Source: the human T2T-CHM13v2.0 reference genome, Homo sapiens
DNA: 64,000 bases
Strand: one strand, 5' to 3'
Assembly: GCF_009914755.1 (NCBI RefSeq)
Contig: NC_060937.1
In this document: positions 12,707-26,800 of the stretch, piece after piece
How the letters are laid out: each line of letters begins with the position of its first letter
How positions within the stretch are numbered: position 1 is the stretch's first letter
Translations under genes and position numbers: made by a program
The notes under the pieces: generated by a model
Told to the model about the DNA's origin: nothing
The model's input: only the letters and a program-made list of their open reading frames with translations
The model's database searches: none

Positions 12707-13384
12707 TCAAAGCGCTCCAAATGTCCACATCCAGATACTCCAGAAAGAGTGTTTCAAACCTGCTCTATGAAAGGGAATCTTCAACTCTATGAGTTGAATG
12801 CAGACATCAGAAAGAAATTTCTGAGAATGCTGCTGTCTACCTTTTATTTGAATTCCCGCTTCCAACGAAATCCTCCAAGCTATCCATATATCCACTTGCA
12901 TTTTCCACAAAAAGAGTGCTTCAAAACTGCTCTATCAATAAATGTTCAACTCCTTTAGCTGGGTGCACACATCACAAACAAGTTTCTGAGAATGCTTCTG
13001 TCTAGTTTTTATGGGAAGACATTCCCTTTTTCACCAAAGGCATCAAAGCGCTCCAAATGTCCACTTCCAGACACTACAAAAAGAGTGTTTCCAACGTGCT
13101 CTAAGAAAGCGAATGTTCAACTCTGTGACTTGAATGCAGATATCACAAAGTAGTTTCTGAGAGGGCTTCTGTCTAGATTTTAGATGATGATATTCCCGTT
13201 TCCAACGAAATCATTAGAGCTATCCAAATATCCACTTACAGTTTCTACAAAAAGAGTGTTTCCAAACTGCTGCATCAAAAGAGAGGTTCCACTCTGTTAG
13301 CTGAGTACACACATCACAAACTTGTTTCTGAGAATCCTTCTGTGTCGTTTTTATGGGAAGATATTTACTTTTTCACCGTAGGCA
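12707..13384 (-). repeat. 4-monomer unit, type B (678 bp, 2-bp deletion); also at 29705, 32763, 38199, 41257, 45505, 49753, 52811, 57057 and 60115
   Basis: 678-bp offset. Diagnostic alleles: ccacTtgcatttt, gagtgCtt, caataaatg (GA deleted), ctttAgctgggtGcac. Confidence 0.93.
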
Positions 13385-16300
13385 TCAAAGCGCTCCAAAT
13401 GTCCACATCCAGATACTCCAGAAAGAGTGTTTCAAACCTGCTCTATGAAAGGGAATCTTCAACTCTATGAGTTGAATGCAGACATCAGAAAGAAATTTCT
13501 GAGAATGCTGCTGTCTACCTTTTATTTGAATTCCCGCTTCCAACGAAATCCTCCAAGCTATCCAAATATCCACTTGCAGATTCCACAAAAAGAGTGTTTC
13601 AAAACTGCTCTCTATCAATGGCAAAGTTCAACTCTGTTAGTTGAGGACACATATCACCAACAAGTTTCTGAGAATGCTTCTGTCTATTTTTTATGGGAAG
13701 ATATTTCCTTTTTCACCGTAGGCGTCAAGGCGATCGAAATGTCCACTTCCACAAACTACAAAAAGAGTGTTTCAAACCTGCTCTATGAAAGGCCATGTTC
13801 ATCTCTATGAGTCGAATGGAAATATCCGAAAGAAATTTCTGGGAATGCTGCTGTCTAGTTTTTATACGAATTCCCGCTTCCAACGAAATCCTCAAAGCAA
13901 TCCAAATATCCACTTGCAGAATCCACAAAAAGAGTGTTTCAAAACTGCTCTATCAATAGAAAGGTTCAACTCTTTTAGTTGAGTACACACATCACAAACA
14001 AGTTTCTGAGAATGCTTCTGTCTGGCTTTTATTGGAAGACGTTTCCTTTTCACCAAAGGCATCAAAGCGCTCCAAATGTCCACTTCCAGATTCTTCTAAA
14101 AGAGTGTTTGAAACGTGCTCAAAGTAAGGGAATGTTCAACTCTGTGACTTGAATGCAGATATCACCAAGTAGTTTCTAATAGTGCTTCTGTCTAGATTTT
14201 AGATGATGATATTCCCGTTTCCAACGAAATCGTTAGAGCTATCCAAATATCCACTTACAGTTTCTACAAAAAGAGTGTTTCCAAACTGCTGCATCAAAAG
14301 AAAGGTTCAACTCTGTTAGTTGAGGACACACATCACAAAGAAGTTTGTGAGAATGCTTCTGTCTAGATTTTGTATGACCATATTCCCTTTTCCAGCGATA
14401 TCATTAAAGCAATCTAAATATCCATTTGCAGAATCCACAAAAATAGAGTTTCAAAGCTGCTCTGTAAAAAGAAAGGTTCCACTCTGTTAGCTGAGTACAC
14501 ACATCACAAACTTGTTTCTCAGAATCCTTCTGTCTCGTTTTTCTGGGAAGATATTTACTTTTTCACCGTAGGCATCAAAGCGCTCCAAATGTCCACATCC
14601 AGATACTCCAGAAAGAGTGTTTCAAACCTGCTCTATGAAAGGGAATCTTCAACTCTATGAGTTGAATGCAGACATCAGAAAGAAATTTCTGAGAATGCTG
14701 CTGTCTACCTTTTATTTGAATTCCCGCTTCCAACGAAATCCTCCAAGCTATCCAAATATCCACCTGCATTTTCCACAAAAAGAGCGTTTCAAAACTGCTC
14801 TATCAATAGAAATGTTCAACTCCTTTGGCTGGGTACACACATCACAAACAAGTTTCTGAGAATGCTTCTGTCTAGTTTTTATGGGAAGACATTCCCTTTT
14901 TCACCAAAGGCATCAAAGCGCTCCAAATGTCCACTTCCAGACACTACAAAAAGAGTGTTTCCAACGTGCTCTAAGAAAGCGAATGTTCAACTCTGTGACT
15001 TGAATGCAGATATCACAAAGTAGTTTCTGAGAGGGCTTCTGTCTAGATTTTAGATGATGATATTCCCGTTTCCAACGAAATCATTAGAGCTATCCAAATA
15101 TCCACTTACAGTTTCTACAAAAAGAGTGTTTCCAAACTGCTGCATCAAAAGAGAGGTTCCACTCTGTTAGCTGAGTACACACATCACAAACTTGTTTCTC
15201 AGAATCCTTCTGTCTCGTTTTTCTGGGAAGATATTTACTTTTTCACCGTAGGCATCAAAGCGCTCCAAATGTCCACATCCAGATACTCCAGAAAGAGTGT
15301 TTCAAACCTGCTCTATGAAAGGGAATCTTCAACTCTATGAGTTGAATGCAGACATCAGAAAGAAATTTCTGAGAATGCTGCTGTCTACCTTTTATTTGAA
15401 TTCCCGCTTCCAACGAAATCCTCCAAGCTATCCAAATATCCACTTGCAGATTCCACAAAAAGAGTGTTTCAAAACTGCTCTCTATCAATGGCAAAGTTCA
15501 ACTCTGTTAGTTGAGGACACATATCACCAACAAGTTTCTGAGAATGCTTCTGTCTATTTTTTATGGGAAGATATTTCCTTTTTCACCGTAGGCGTCAAGG
15601 CGATCGAAATGTCCACTTCCACAAACTACAAAAAGAGTGTTTCAAACCTGCTCTATGAAAGGCCATGTTCATCTCTATGAGTCGAATGGAAATATCCGAA
15701 AGAAATTTCTGGGAATGCTGCTGTCTAGTTTTTATACGAATTCCCGCTTCCAACGAAATCCTCAAAGCAATCCAAATATCCACTTGCAGAATCCACAAAA
15801 AGAGTGTTTCAAAACTGCTCTATCAATAGAAAGGTTCAACTCTTTTAGTTGAGTACACACATCACAAACAAGTTTCTGAGAATGCTTCTGTCTGGCTTTT
15901 ATTGGAAGACGTTTCCTTTTCACCAAAGGCATCAAAGCGCTCCAAATGTCCACTTCCAGATTCTTCCAAAAGAGTGTTTGAAACGTGCTCAAAGTAAGGG
16001 AATGTTCAACTCTGTGACTTGAATGCAGATATCACCAAGTAGTTTCTAATAGTGCTTCTGTCTAGATTTTAGATGATGATATTCCCGTTTCCAACGAAAT
16101 CGTTAGAGCTATCCAAATATCCACTTACAGTTTCTACAAAAAGAGTGTTTCCAAACTGCTGCATCAAAAGAAAGGTTCAACTCTGTTAGTTGAGGACACA
16201 CATCACAAAGAAGTTTGTGAGAATGCTTCTGTCTAGATTTTGTATGACCATATTCCCTTTTCCAGCGATATCATTAAAGCAATCTAAATATCCATTTGCA

Positions 16301-16444
16301 GAATCCACAAAAATAGAGTTTCAAAGCTGCTCTGTAAAAAGAAAGGTTCCACTCTGTTAGCTGAGTACACACATCACAAACTTGTTTCTCAGAATCCTTC
16401 TGTCTCGTTTTTATGGGAAGATATTTACTTTTTCACCGTAGGCA

Positions 16445-17804
16445 TCAAAGCGCTCCAAATGTCCACATCCAGATACTCCAGAAAGAGTGTTTCAAACCTG
16501 CTCTATGAAAGGGAATCTTCAACTCTATGAGTTGAATGCAGACATCAGAAAGAAATTTCTGAGAATGCTGCTGTCTACCTTTTATTTGAATTCCCGCTTC
16601 CAACGAAATCCTCCAAGCTATCCAAATATCCACCTGCATTTTCCACAAAAAGAGCGTTTCAAAACTGCTCTATCAATAGAAATGTTCAACTCCTTTGGCT
16701 GGGTACACACATCACAAACAAGTTTCTGAGAATGCTTCTGTCTAGTTTTTATGGGAAGACATTCCCTTTTTCACCAAAGGCATCAAAGCGCTCCAAATGT
16801 CCACTTCCAGACACTACAAAAAGAGTGTTTCCAACGTGCTCTAAGAAAGCGAATGTTCAACTCTGTGACTTGAATGCAGATATCACAAAGTAGTTTCTGA
16901 GAGGGCTTCTGTCTAGATTTTAGATGATGATATTCCCGTTTCCAACGAAATCATTAGAGCTATCCAAATATCCACTTACAGTTTCTACAAAAAGAGTGTT
17001 TCCAAACTGCTGCATCAAAAGAGAGGTTCCACTCTGTTAGCTGAGTACACACATCACAAACTTGTTTCTCAGAATCCTTCTGTCTCGTTTTTCTGGGAAG
17101 ATATTTACTTTTTCACCGTAGGCATCAAAGCGCTCCAAATGTCCACATCCAGATACTCCAGAAAGAGTGTTTCAAACCTGCTCTATGAAAGGGAATCTTC
17201 AACTCTATGAGTTGAATGCAGACATCAGAAAGAAATTTCTGAGAATGCTGCTGTCTACCTTTTATTTGAACTCCCGCTTCCAACGAAATCCTCCAAGCTA
17301 TCGAAATATCCACTTGCATTTTCCACAAAAAGAGTGCTTCAAAACTGCTCTATCAATAGAAATGTTCAACTCCTTTAGCTGGGTGCACACATCACAAACA
17401 AGTTTCTGAGAATGCTTCTGTCTAGTTTTTATGGGAAGACATTCCCTTTTTCACCAAAGGCATCAAAGCGCTCCAAATGTCCACTTCCAGACACTACAAA
17501 AAGAGTGTTTCCAACGTGCTCTAAGAAAGCGAATGTTCAACTCTGTGACTTGAATGCAGATATCACAAAGTAGTTTCTGAGAGGGCTTCTGTCTAGATTT
17601 TAGATGATGATATTCCCGTTTCCAACGAAATCATTAGAGCTATCCAAATATCCACTTACAGTTTCTACAAAAAGAGTGTTTCCAAACTGCTGCATCAAAA
17701 GAGAGGTTCCACTCTGTTAGCTGAGTACACACATCACAAACTTGTTTCTGAGAATCCTTCTGTGTCGTTTTTATGGGAAGATATTTACTTTTTCACCGTA
17801 GGCA
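16445..17804 (-). repeat. Two adjacent 4-mers (15-mer structural variant together with the preceding 7-mer at 15255)
   Basis: Anchors at 16445, 17125 and 17805 are each 680 bp apart. This is the only tandem 4-mer pair in the window. Confidence 0.92.
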
Positions 17805-20800
17805 TCAAAGCGCTCCAAATGTCCACATCCAGATACTCCAGAAAGAGTGTTTCAAACCTGCTCTATGAAAGGGAATCTTCAACTCTATGAGTTGAATGCA
17901 GACATCAGAAAGAAATTTCTGAGAATGCTGCTGTCTACCTTTTATTTGAATTCCCGCTTCCAACGAAATCCTCCAAGCTATCCAAATATCCACTTGCAGA
18001 TTCCACAAAAAGAGTGTTTCAAAACTGCTCTCTATCAATGGCAAAGTTCAACTCTGTTAGTTGAGGACACATATCACCAACAAGTTTCTGAGAATGCTTC
18101 TGTCTATTTTTTATGGGAAGATATTTCCTTTTTCGCCGTAGGCGTCAAGGCGATCGAAATGTCCACTTCCACAAACTACAAAAAGAGTGTTTCAAACCTG
18201 CTCTATGAAAGGCCATGTTCATCTCTATGAGTCGAATGGAAATATCCGAAAGAAATTTCTGGGAATGCTGCTGTCTAGTTTTTATACGAATTCCCGCTTC
18301 CAACGAAATCCTCAAAGCAATCCAAATATCCACTTGCAGAATCCACAAAAAGAGTGTTTCAAAACTGCTCTATCAATAGAAAGGTTCAACTCTTTTAGTT
18401 GAGTACACACATCACAAACAAGTTTCTGAGAATGCTTCTGTCTGGCTTTTATTGGAAGACGTTTCCTTTTCACCAAAGGCATCAAAGCGCTCCAAATGTC
18501 CACTTCCAGATTCTTCCAAAAGAGTGTTTGAAACGTGCTCAAAGTAAGGGAATGTTCCACTCTGTGACTTGAATGCAGATATCACCAAGTAGTTTCTAAT
18601 AGTGCTTCTGTCTAGATTTTAGATGATGATATTCCCGTTTCCAACGAAATCGTTAGAGCTATCCAAATATCCACTTACAGTTGCTACAAAAACAGTGTTT
18701 CCAAACTGCTGCATCAAAAGAAAGGTTCAACTCTGTTAGTTGAGGACACACGTCACAAAGAAGTTTGTGAGAATGCTTCTGTCTAGATTTTGTATGACGA
18801 TATTCCCTTTTCCAACGATATCGTTAAAGCAATCTAAATATCCATTTGCAGAATCCACAAAAATAGAGTTTCAAAGCTGCTCTGTAAAAAGAAAGGTTCC
18901 ACTCTGTTAGCTGAGTACACACATCACAAACTTGTTTCTCAGAATCCTTCTGTCTCGTTTTTATGGGAAGATATTTACTTTTTCACCGTAGGCATCAAAG
19001 CGCTCCAAATGTCCACATCCAGATACTCCAGAAAGAGTGTTTCAAACCTGCTCTATGAAAGGGAATCTTCAACTCTATGAGTTGAATGCAGACATCAGAA
19101 AGAAATTTCTGAGAATGCTGCTGTCTACCTTTTATTTGAATTCCCGCTTCCAACGAAATCCTCCAAGCTATCCAAATATCCACTTGCAGATTCCACAAAA
19201 AGAGTGTTTCAAAACTGCTCTCTATCAATGGCAAAGTTCAACTCTGTTAGTTGAGGACACATATCACCAACAAGTTTCTGAGAATGCTTCTGTCTATTTT
19301 TTATGGGAAGATATTTCCTTTTTCACCGTAGGCGTCAAGGCAATCGAAATGTCCACTTCCACAAACTACAAAAAGAGTGTTTCAAACCTGCTCTATGAAA
19401 GGCCATGTTCATCTCTATGAGTCGAATGGAAATATCCGAAAGAAATTTCTGGGAATGCTGCTGTCTAGTTTTTATACGAATTCCCGCTTCCAACGAAATC
19501 CTCAAAGCAATCCAAATATCCACTTGCAGAATCCACAAAAAGAGTGTTTCAAAACTGCTCTATCAATAGAAAGGTTCAACTCTTTTAGTTGAGTACACAC
19601 ATCACAAACAAGTTTCTGAGAATGCTTCTGTCTGGCTTTTATTGGAAGACGTTTCCTTTTCACCAAAGGCATCAAAGCGCTCCAAATGTCCACTTCCAGA
19701 TTCTTCCAAAAGAGTGTTTGAAACGTGCTCAAAGTAAGGGAATGTTCAACTCTGTGACTTGAATGCAGATATCACCAAGTAGTTTCTAATAGTGCTTCTG
19801 TCTAGATTTTAGATGATGATATTCCCGTTTCCAACGAAATCGTTAGAGCTATCCAAATATCCACTTACAGTTTCTACAAAAAGAGTGTTTCCAAACTGCT
19901 GCATCAAAAGAAAGGTTCAACTCTGTTAGTTGAGGACACACGTCACAAAGAAGTTTGTGAGAATGCTTCTGTCTAGATTTTGTATGACCATATTCCCTTT
20001 TCCAGCGATATCGTTAAAGCAATCTAAATATCCATTTGCAGAATCCACAAAAATAGAGTTTCAAAGCTGCTCTGTAAAAAGAAAGGTTCCACTCTGTTAG
20101 CTGAGTACACACATCACAAACTTGTTTCTGAGAATCCTTCTGTCTCGTTTTTCTGGGAAGATATTTACTTTTTCACCGTAGGCATCAAAGCGCTCCAAAT
20201 GTCCACATCCAGATACTCCAGAAAGAGTGTTTCAAACCTGCTCTATGAAAGGGAATCTTCAACTCTATGAGTTGAATGCAGACATCAGAAAGAAATTTCT
20301 GAGAATGCTGCTGTCTACCTTTTATTTGAATTCCCGCTTCCAACGAAATCCTCCAAGCTATCCAAATATCCACTTGCAGATTCCACAAAAAGAGTGTTTC
20401 AAAACTGCTCTCTATCAATGGCAAAGTTCAACTCTGTTAGTTGAGGACACATATCACCAACAAGTTTCTGAGAATGCTTCTGTCTATTTTTTATGGGAAG
20501 ATATTTCCTTTTTCGCCGTAGGCGTCAAGGTGATCGAAATGTCCACTTCCACAAACTACAAAAAGAGTGTTTCAAACCTGCTCTATGAAAGGCCATGTTC
20601 ATCTCTATGAGTCGAATGGAAATATCCGAAAGAAATTTCTGGGAATGCTGCTGTCTAGTTTTTATACGAATTCCCGCTTCCAACGAAATCCTCAAAGCAA
20701 TCCAAATATCCACTTGCAGAATCCACAAAAAGAGTGTTTCAAAACTGCTCTATCAATAGAAAGGTTCAACTCTTTTAGTTGAGTACACACATCACAAACA

Positions 20801-23800
20801 AGTTTCTGAGAATGCTTCTGTCTGGCTTTTATTGGAAGACGTTTCCTTTTCACCAAAGGCATCAAAGCGCTCCAAATGTCCACTTCCAGATTCTTCCAAA
20901 AGAGTGTTTGAAACGTGCTCAAAGTAAGGGAATGTTCAACTCTGTGACTTGAATGCAGATATCACCAAGTAGTTTCTAATAGTGCTTCTGTCTAGATTTT
21001 AGATGATGATATTCCCGTTTCCAACGAAATCGTTAGAGCTATCCAAATATCCACTTACAGTTGCTACAAAAACAGTGTTTCCAAACTGCTGCATCAAAAG
21101 AAAGGTTCAACTCTGTTAGTTGAGGACACACGTCACAAAGAAGTTTGTGAGAATGCTTCTGTCTAGATTTTGTATGACGATATTCCCTTTTCCAACGATA
21201 TCGTTAAAGCAATCTAAATATCCATTTGCAGAATCCACAAAAATAGAGTTTCAAAGCTGCTCTGTAAAAAGAAAGGTTCCACTCTGTTAGCTGAGTACAC
21301 ACATCACAAACTTGTTTCTCAGAATCCTTCTGTCTCGTTTTTATGGGAAGATATTTACTTTTTCACCGTAGGCATCAAAGCGCTCCAAATGTCCACATCC
21401 AGATACTCCAGAAAGAGTGTTTCAAACCTGCTCTATGAAAGGGAATCTTCAACTCTATGAGTTGAATGCAGACATCAGAAAGAAATTTCTGAGAATGCTG
21501 CTGTCTACCTTTTATTTGAATTCCCGCTTCCAACGAAATCCTCCAAGCTATCCAAATATCCACTTGCAGATTCCACAAAAAGAGTGTTTCAAAACTGCTC
21601 TCTATCAATGGCAAAGTTCAACTCTGTTAGTTGAGGACACATATCACCAACAAGTTTCTGAGAATGCTTCTGTCTATTTTTTATGGGAAGATATTTCCTT
21701 TTTCACCGTAGGCGTCAAGGCAATCGAAATGTCCACTTCCACAAACTACAAAAAGAGTGTTTCAAACCTGCTCTATGAAAGGCCATGTTCATCTCTATGA
21801 GTCGAATGGAAATATCCGAAAGAAATTTCTGGGAATGCTGCTGTCTAGTTTTTATACGAATTCCCGCTTCCAACGAAATCCTCAAAGCAATCCAAATATC
21901 CACTTGCAGAATCCACAAAAAGAGTGTTTCAAAACTGCTCTATCAATAGAAAGGTTCAACTCTTTTAGTTGAGTACACACATCACAAACAAGTTTCTGAG
22001 AATGCTTCTGTCTGGCTTTTATTGGAAGACGTTTCCTTTTCACCAAAGGCATCAAAGCGCTCCAAATGTCCACTTCCAGATTCTTCCAAAAGAGTGTTTG
22101 AAACGTGCTCAAAGTAAGGGAATGTTCAACTCTGTGACTTGAATGCAGATATCACCAAGTAGTTTCTAATAGTGCTTCTGTCTAGATTTTAGATGATGAT
22201 ATTCCCGTTTCCAACGAAATCGTTAGAGCTATCCAAATATCCACTTACAGTTTCTACAAAAAGAGTGTTTCCAAACTGCTGCATCAAAAGAAAGGTTCAA
22301 CTCTGTTAGTTGAGGACACACGTCACAAAGAAGTTTGTGAGAATGCTTCTGTCTAGATTTTGTATGACCATATTCCCTTTTCCAGCGATATCGTTAAAGC
22401 AATCTAAATATCCATTTGCAGAATCCACAAAAATAGAGTTTCAAAGCTGCTCTGTAAAAAGAAAGGTTCCACTCTGTTAGCTGAGTACACACATCACAAA
22501 CTTGTTTCTGAGAATCCTTCTGTCTCGTTTTTATGGGAAGATATTTACTTTTTCACCGTAGGCATCAAAGCGCTCCAAATGTCCACATCCAGATACTCCA
22601 GAAAGAGTGTTTCAAACCTGCTCTATGAAAGGGAATCTTCAACTCTATGAGTTGAATGCAGACATCAGAAAGAAATTTCTGAGAATGCTGCTGTCTACCT
22701 TTTATTTGAATTCCCGCTTCCAACGAAATCCTCCAAGCTATCCAAATATCCACTTGCAGATTCCACAAAAAGAGTGTTTCAAAACTGCTCTCTATCAATG
22801 GCAAAGTTCAACTCTGTTAGTTGAGGACACATATCACCAACAAGTTTCTGAGAATGCTTCTGTCTATTTTTTATGGGAAGATATTTCCTTTTTCGCCGTA
22901 GGCGTCAAGGCGATCGAAATGTCCACTTCCACAAACTACAAAAAGAGTGTTTCAAACCTGCTCTATGAAAGGCCATGTTCATCTCTATGAGTCGAATGGA
23001 AATATCCGAAAGAAATTTCTGGGAATGCTGCTGTCTAGTTTTTATACGAATTCCCGCTTCCAACGAAATCCTCAAAGCAATCCAAATATCCACTTGCAGA
23101 ATCCACAAAAAGAGTGTTTCAAAACTGCTCTATCAATAGAAAGGTTCAACTCTTTTAGTTGAGTACACACATCACAAACAAGTTTCTGAGAATGCTTCTG
23201 TCTGGCTTTTATTGGAAGACGTTTCCTTTTCACCAAAGGCATCAAAGCGCTCCAAATGTCCACTTCCAGATTCTTCCAAAAGAGTGTTTGAAACGTGCTC
23301 AAAGTAAGGGAATGTTCAACTCTGTGACTTGAATGCAGATATCACCAAGTAGTTTCTAATAGTGCTTCTGTCTAGATTTTAGATGATGATATTCCCGTTT
23401 CCAACGAAATCGTTAGAGCTATCCAAATATCCACTTACAGTTGCTACAAAAACAGTGTTTCCAAACTGCTGCATCAAAAGAAAGGTTCAACTCTGTTAGT
23501 TGAGGACACACGTCACAAAGAAGTTTGTGAGAATGCTTCTGTCTAGATTTTGTATGACGATATTCCCTTTTCCAACGATATCGTTAAAGCAATCTAAATA
23601 TCCATTTGCAGAATCCACAAAAATAGAGTTTCAAAGCTGCTCTGTAAAAAGAAAGGTTCCACTCTGTTAGCTGAGTACACACATCACAAACTTGTTTCTC
23701 AGAATCCTTCTGTCTCGTTTTTCTGGGAAGATATTTACTTTTTCACCGTAGGCATCAAAGCGCTCCAAATGTCCACATCCAGATACTCCAGAAAGAGTGT

Positions 23801-26800
23801 TTCAAACCTGCTCTATGAAAGGGAATCTTCAACTCTATGAGTTGAATGCAGACATCAGAAAGAAATTTCTGAGAATGCTGCTGTCTACCTTTTATTTGAA
23901 TTCCCGCTTCCAACGAAATCCTCCAAGCTATCCAAATATCCACTTGCAGATTCCACAAAAAGAGTGTTTCAAAACTGCTCTCTATCAATGGCAAAGTTCA
24001 ACTCTGTTAGTTGAGGACACATATCACCAACAAGTTTCTGAGAATGCTTCTGTCTATTTTTTATGGGAAGATATTTCCTTTTTCACCGTAGGCGTCAAGG
24101 CGATCGAAATGTCCACTTCCACAAACTACAAAAAGAGTGTTTCAAACCTGCTCTATGAAAGGCCATGTTCATCTCTATGAGTCGAATGGAAATATCCGAA
24201 AGAAATTTCTGGGAATGCTGCTGTCTAGTTTTTATACGAATTCCCGCTTCCAACGAAATCCTCAAAGCAATCCAAATATCCACTTGCAGAATCCACAAAA
24301 AGAGTGTTTCAAAACTGCTCTATCAATAGAAAGGTTCAACTCTTTTAGTTGAGTACACACATCACAAACAAGTTTCTGAGAATGCTTCTGTCTGGCTTTT
24401 ATTGGAAGACGTTTCCTTTTCACCAAAGGCATCAAAGCGCTCCAAATGTCCACTTCCAGATTCTTCCAAAAGAGTGTTTGAAACGTGCTCAAAGTAAGGG
24501 AATGTTCAACTCTGTGACTTGAATGCAGATATCACCAAGTAGTTTCTAATAGTGCTTCTGTCTAGATTTTAGATGATGATATTCCCGTTTCCAACGAAAT
24601 CGTTAGAGCTATCCAAATATCCACTTACAGTTTCTACAAAAAGAGTGTTTCCAAACTGCTGCATCAAAAGAAAGGTTCAACTCTGTTAGTTGAGGACACA
24701 CGTCACAAAGAAGTTTGTGAGAATGCTTCTGTCTAGATTTTGTATGACCATATTCCCTTTTCCAGCGATATCGTTAAAGCAATCTAAATATCCATTTGCA
24801 GAATCCACAAAAATAGAGTTTCAAAGCTGCTCTGTAAAAAGAAAGGTTCCACTCTGTTAGCTGAGTACACACATCACAAACTTGTTTCTGAGAATCCTTC
24901 TGTCTCGTTTTTATGGGAAGATATTTACTTTTTCACCGTAGGCATCAAAGCGCTCCAAATGTCCACATCCAGATACTCCAGAAAGTGTGTTTCAAACCTG
25001 CTCTATGAAAGGGAATCTTCAACTCTATGAGTTGAATGCAGACATCAGAAAGAAATTTCTGAGAATGCTGCTGTCTACCTTTTATTTGAATTCCCGCTTC
25101 CAACGAAATCCTCCAAGCTATCCAAATATCCACTTGCAGATTCCACAAAAAGAGTGTTTCAAAACTGCTCTCTATCAATGGCAAAGTTCAACTCTGTTAG
25201 TTGAGGACACATATCACCAACAAGTTTCTGAGAATGCTTCTGTCTATTTTTTATGGGAAGATATTTCCTTTTTCACCGTAGGCGTCAAGGCGATCGAAAT
25301 GTCCACTTCCACAAACTACAAAAAGAGTGTTTCAAACCTGCTCTATGAAAGGCCATGTTCATCTCTATGAGTCGAATGGAAATATCCGAAAGAAATTTCT
25401 GGGAATGCTGCTGTCTAGTTTTTATACGAATTCCCGCTTCCAACGAAATCCTCAAAGCAATCCAAATATCCACTTGCAGAATCCACAAAAAGAGTGTTTC
25501 AAAACTGCTCTATCAATAGAAAGGTTCAACTCTTTTAGTTGAGTACACACATCACAAACAAGTTTCTGAGAATGCTTCTGTCTGGCTTTTATTGGAAGAC
25601 GTTTCCTTTTCACCAAAGGCATCAAAGCGCTCCAAATGTCCACTTCCAGATTCTTCCAAAAGAGTGTTTGAAACGTGCTCAAAGTAAGGGAATGTTCAAC
25701 TCTGTGACTTGAATGCAGATATCACCAAGTAGTTTCTAATAGTGCTTCTGTCTAGATTTTAGATGATGATATTCCCGTTTCCAACGAAATCGTTAGAGCT
25801 ATCCAAATATCCACTTACAGTTTCTACAAAAACAGTGTTTCCAAACTGCTGCATCAAAAGAAAGGTTCAACTCTGTTAGTTGAGGACACACATCACAAAG
25901 AAGTTTGTGAGAATGCTTCTGTCTAGATTTTGTATGACGATATTCCCTTTTCCAACGATATCGTTAAAGCAATCTAAATATCCATTTGCAGAATCCACAA
26001 AAATAGAGTTTCAAAGCTGCTCTGTAAAAAGAAAGGTTCCACTCTGTTAGCTGAGTACACACATCACAAACTTGTTTCTCAGAATCCTTCTGTCTCGTTT
26101 TTATGGGAAGATATTTACTTTTTCACCGTAGGCATCAAAGCGCTCCAAATGTCCACATCCAGATACTCCAGAAAGAGTGTTTCAAACCTGCTCTATGAAA
26201 GGGAATCTTCAACTCTATGAGTTGAATGCAGACATCAGAAAGAAATTTCTGAGAATGCTGCTGTCTACCTTTTATTTGAATTCCCGCTTCCAACGAAATC
26301 CTCCAAGCTATCCAAATATCCACTTGCAGATTCCACAAAAAGAGTGTTTCAAAACTGCTCTCTATCAATGGCAAAGTTCAACTCTGTTAGTTGAGGACAC
26401 ATATCACTAACAAGTTTCTGAGAATGCTTCTGTCTATTTTTTATGGGAAGATATTTCCTTTTTCACCGTAGGCGTCAAGGCGATCGAAATGTCCACTTCC
26501 ACAAACTACAAAAAGAGTGTTTCAAACCTGCTCTATGAAAGGCCATGTTCATCTCTATGAGTCGAATGGAAATATCCGAAAGAAATTTCTGGGAATGCTG
26601 CTGTCTAGTTTTTATACGAATTCCCGCTTCCAACGAAATCCTCAAAGCAATCCAAATATCCACTTGCAGAATCCACAAAAAGAGTGTTTCAAAACTGCTC
26701 TATCAATAGAAAGGTTCAACTCTTTTAGTTGAGTACACACATCACAAACAAGTTTCTGAGAATGCTTCTGTCTGGCTTTTATTGGAAGACGTTTCCTTTT

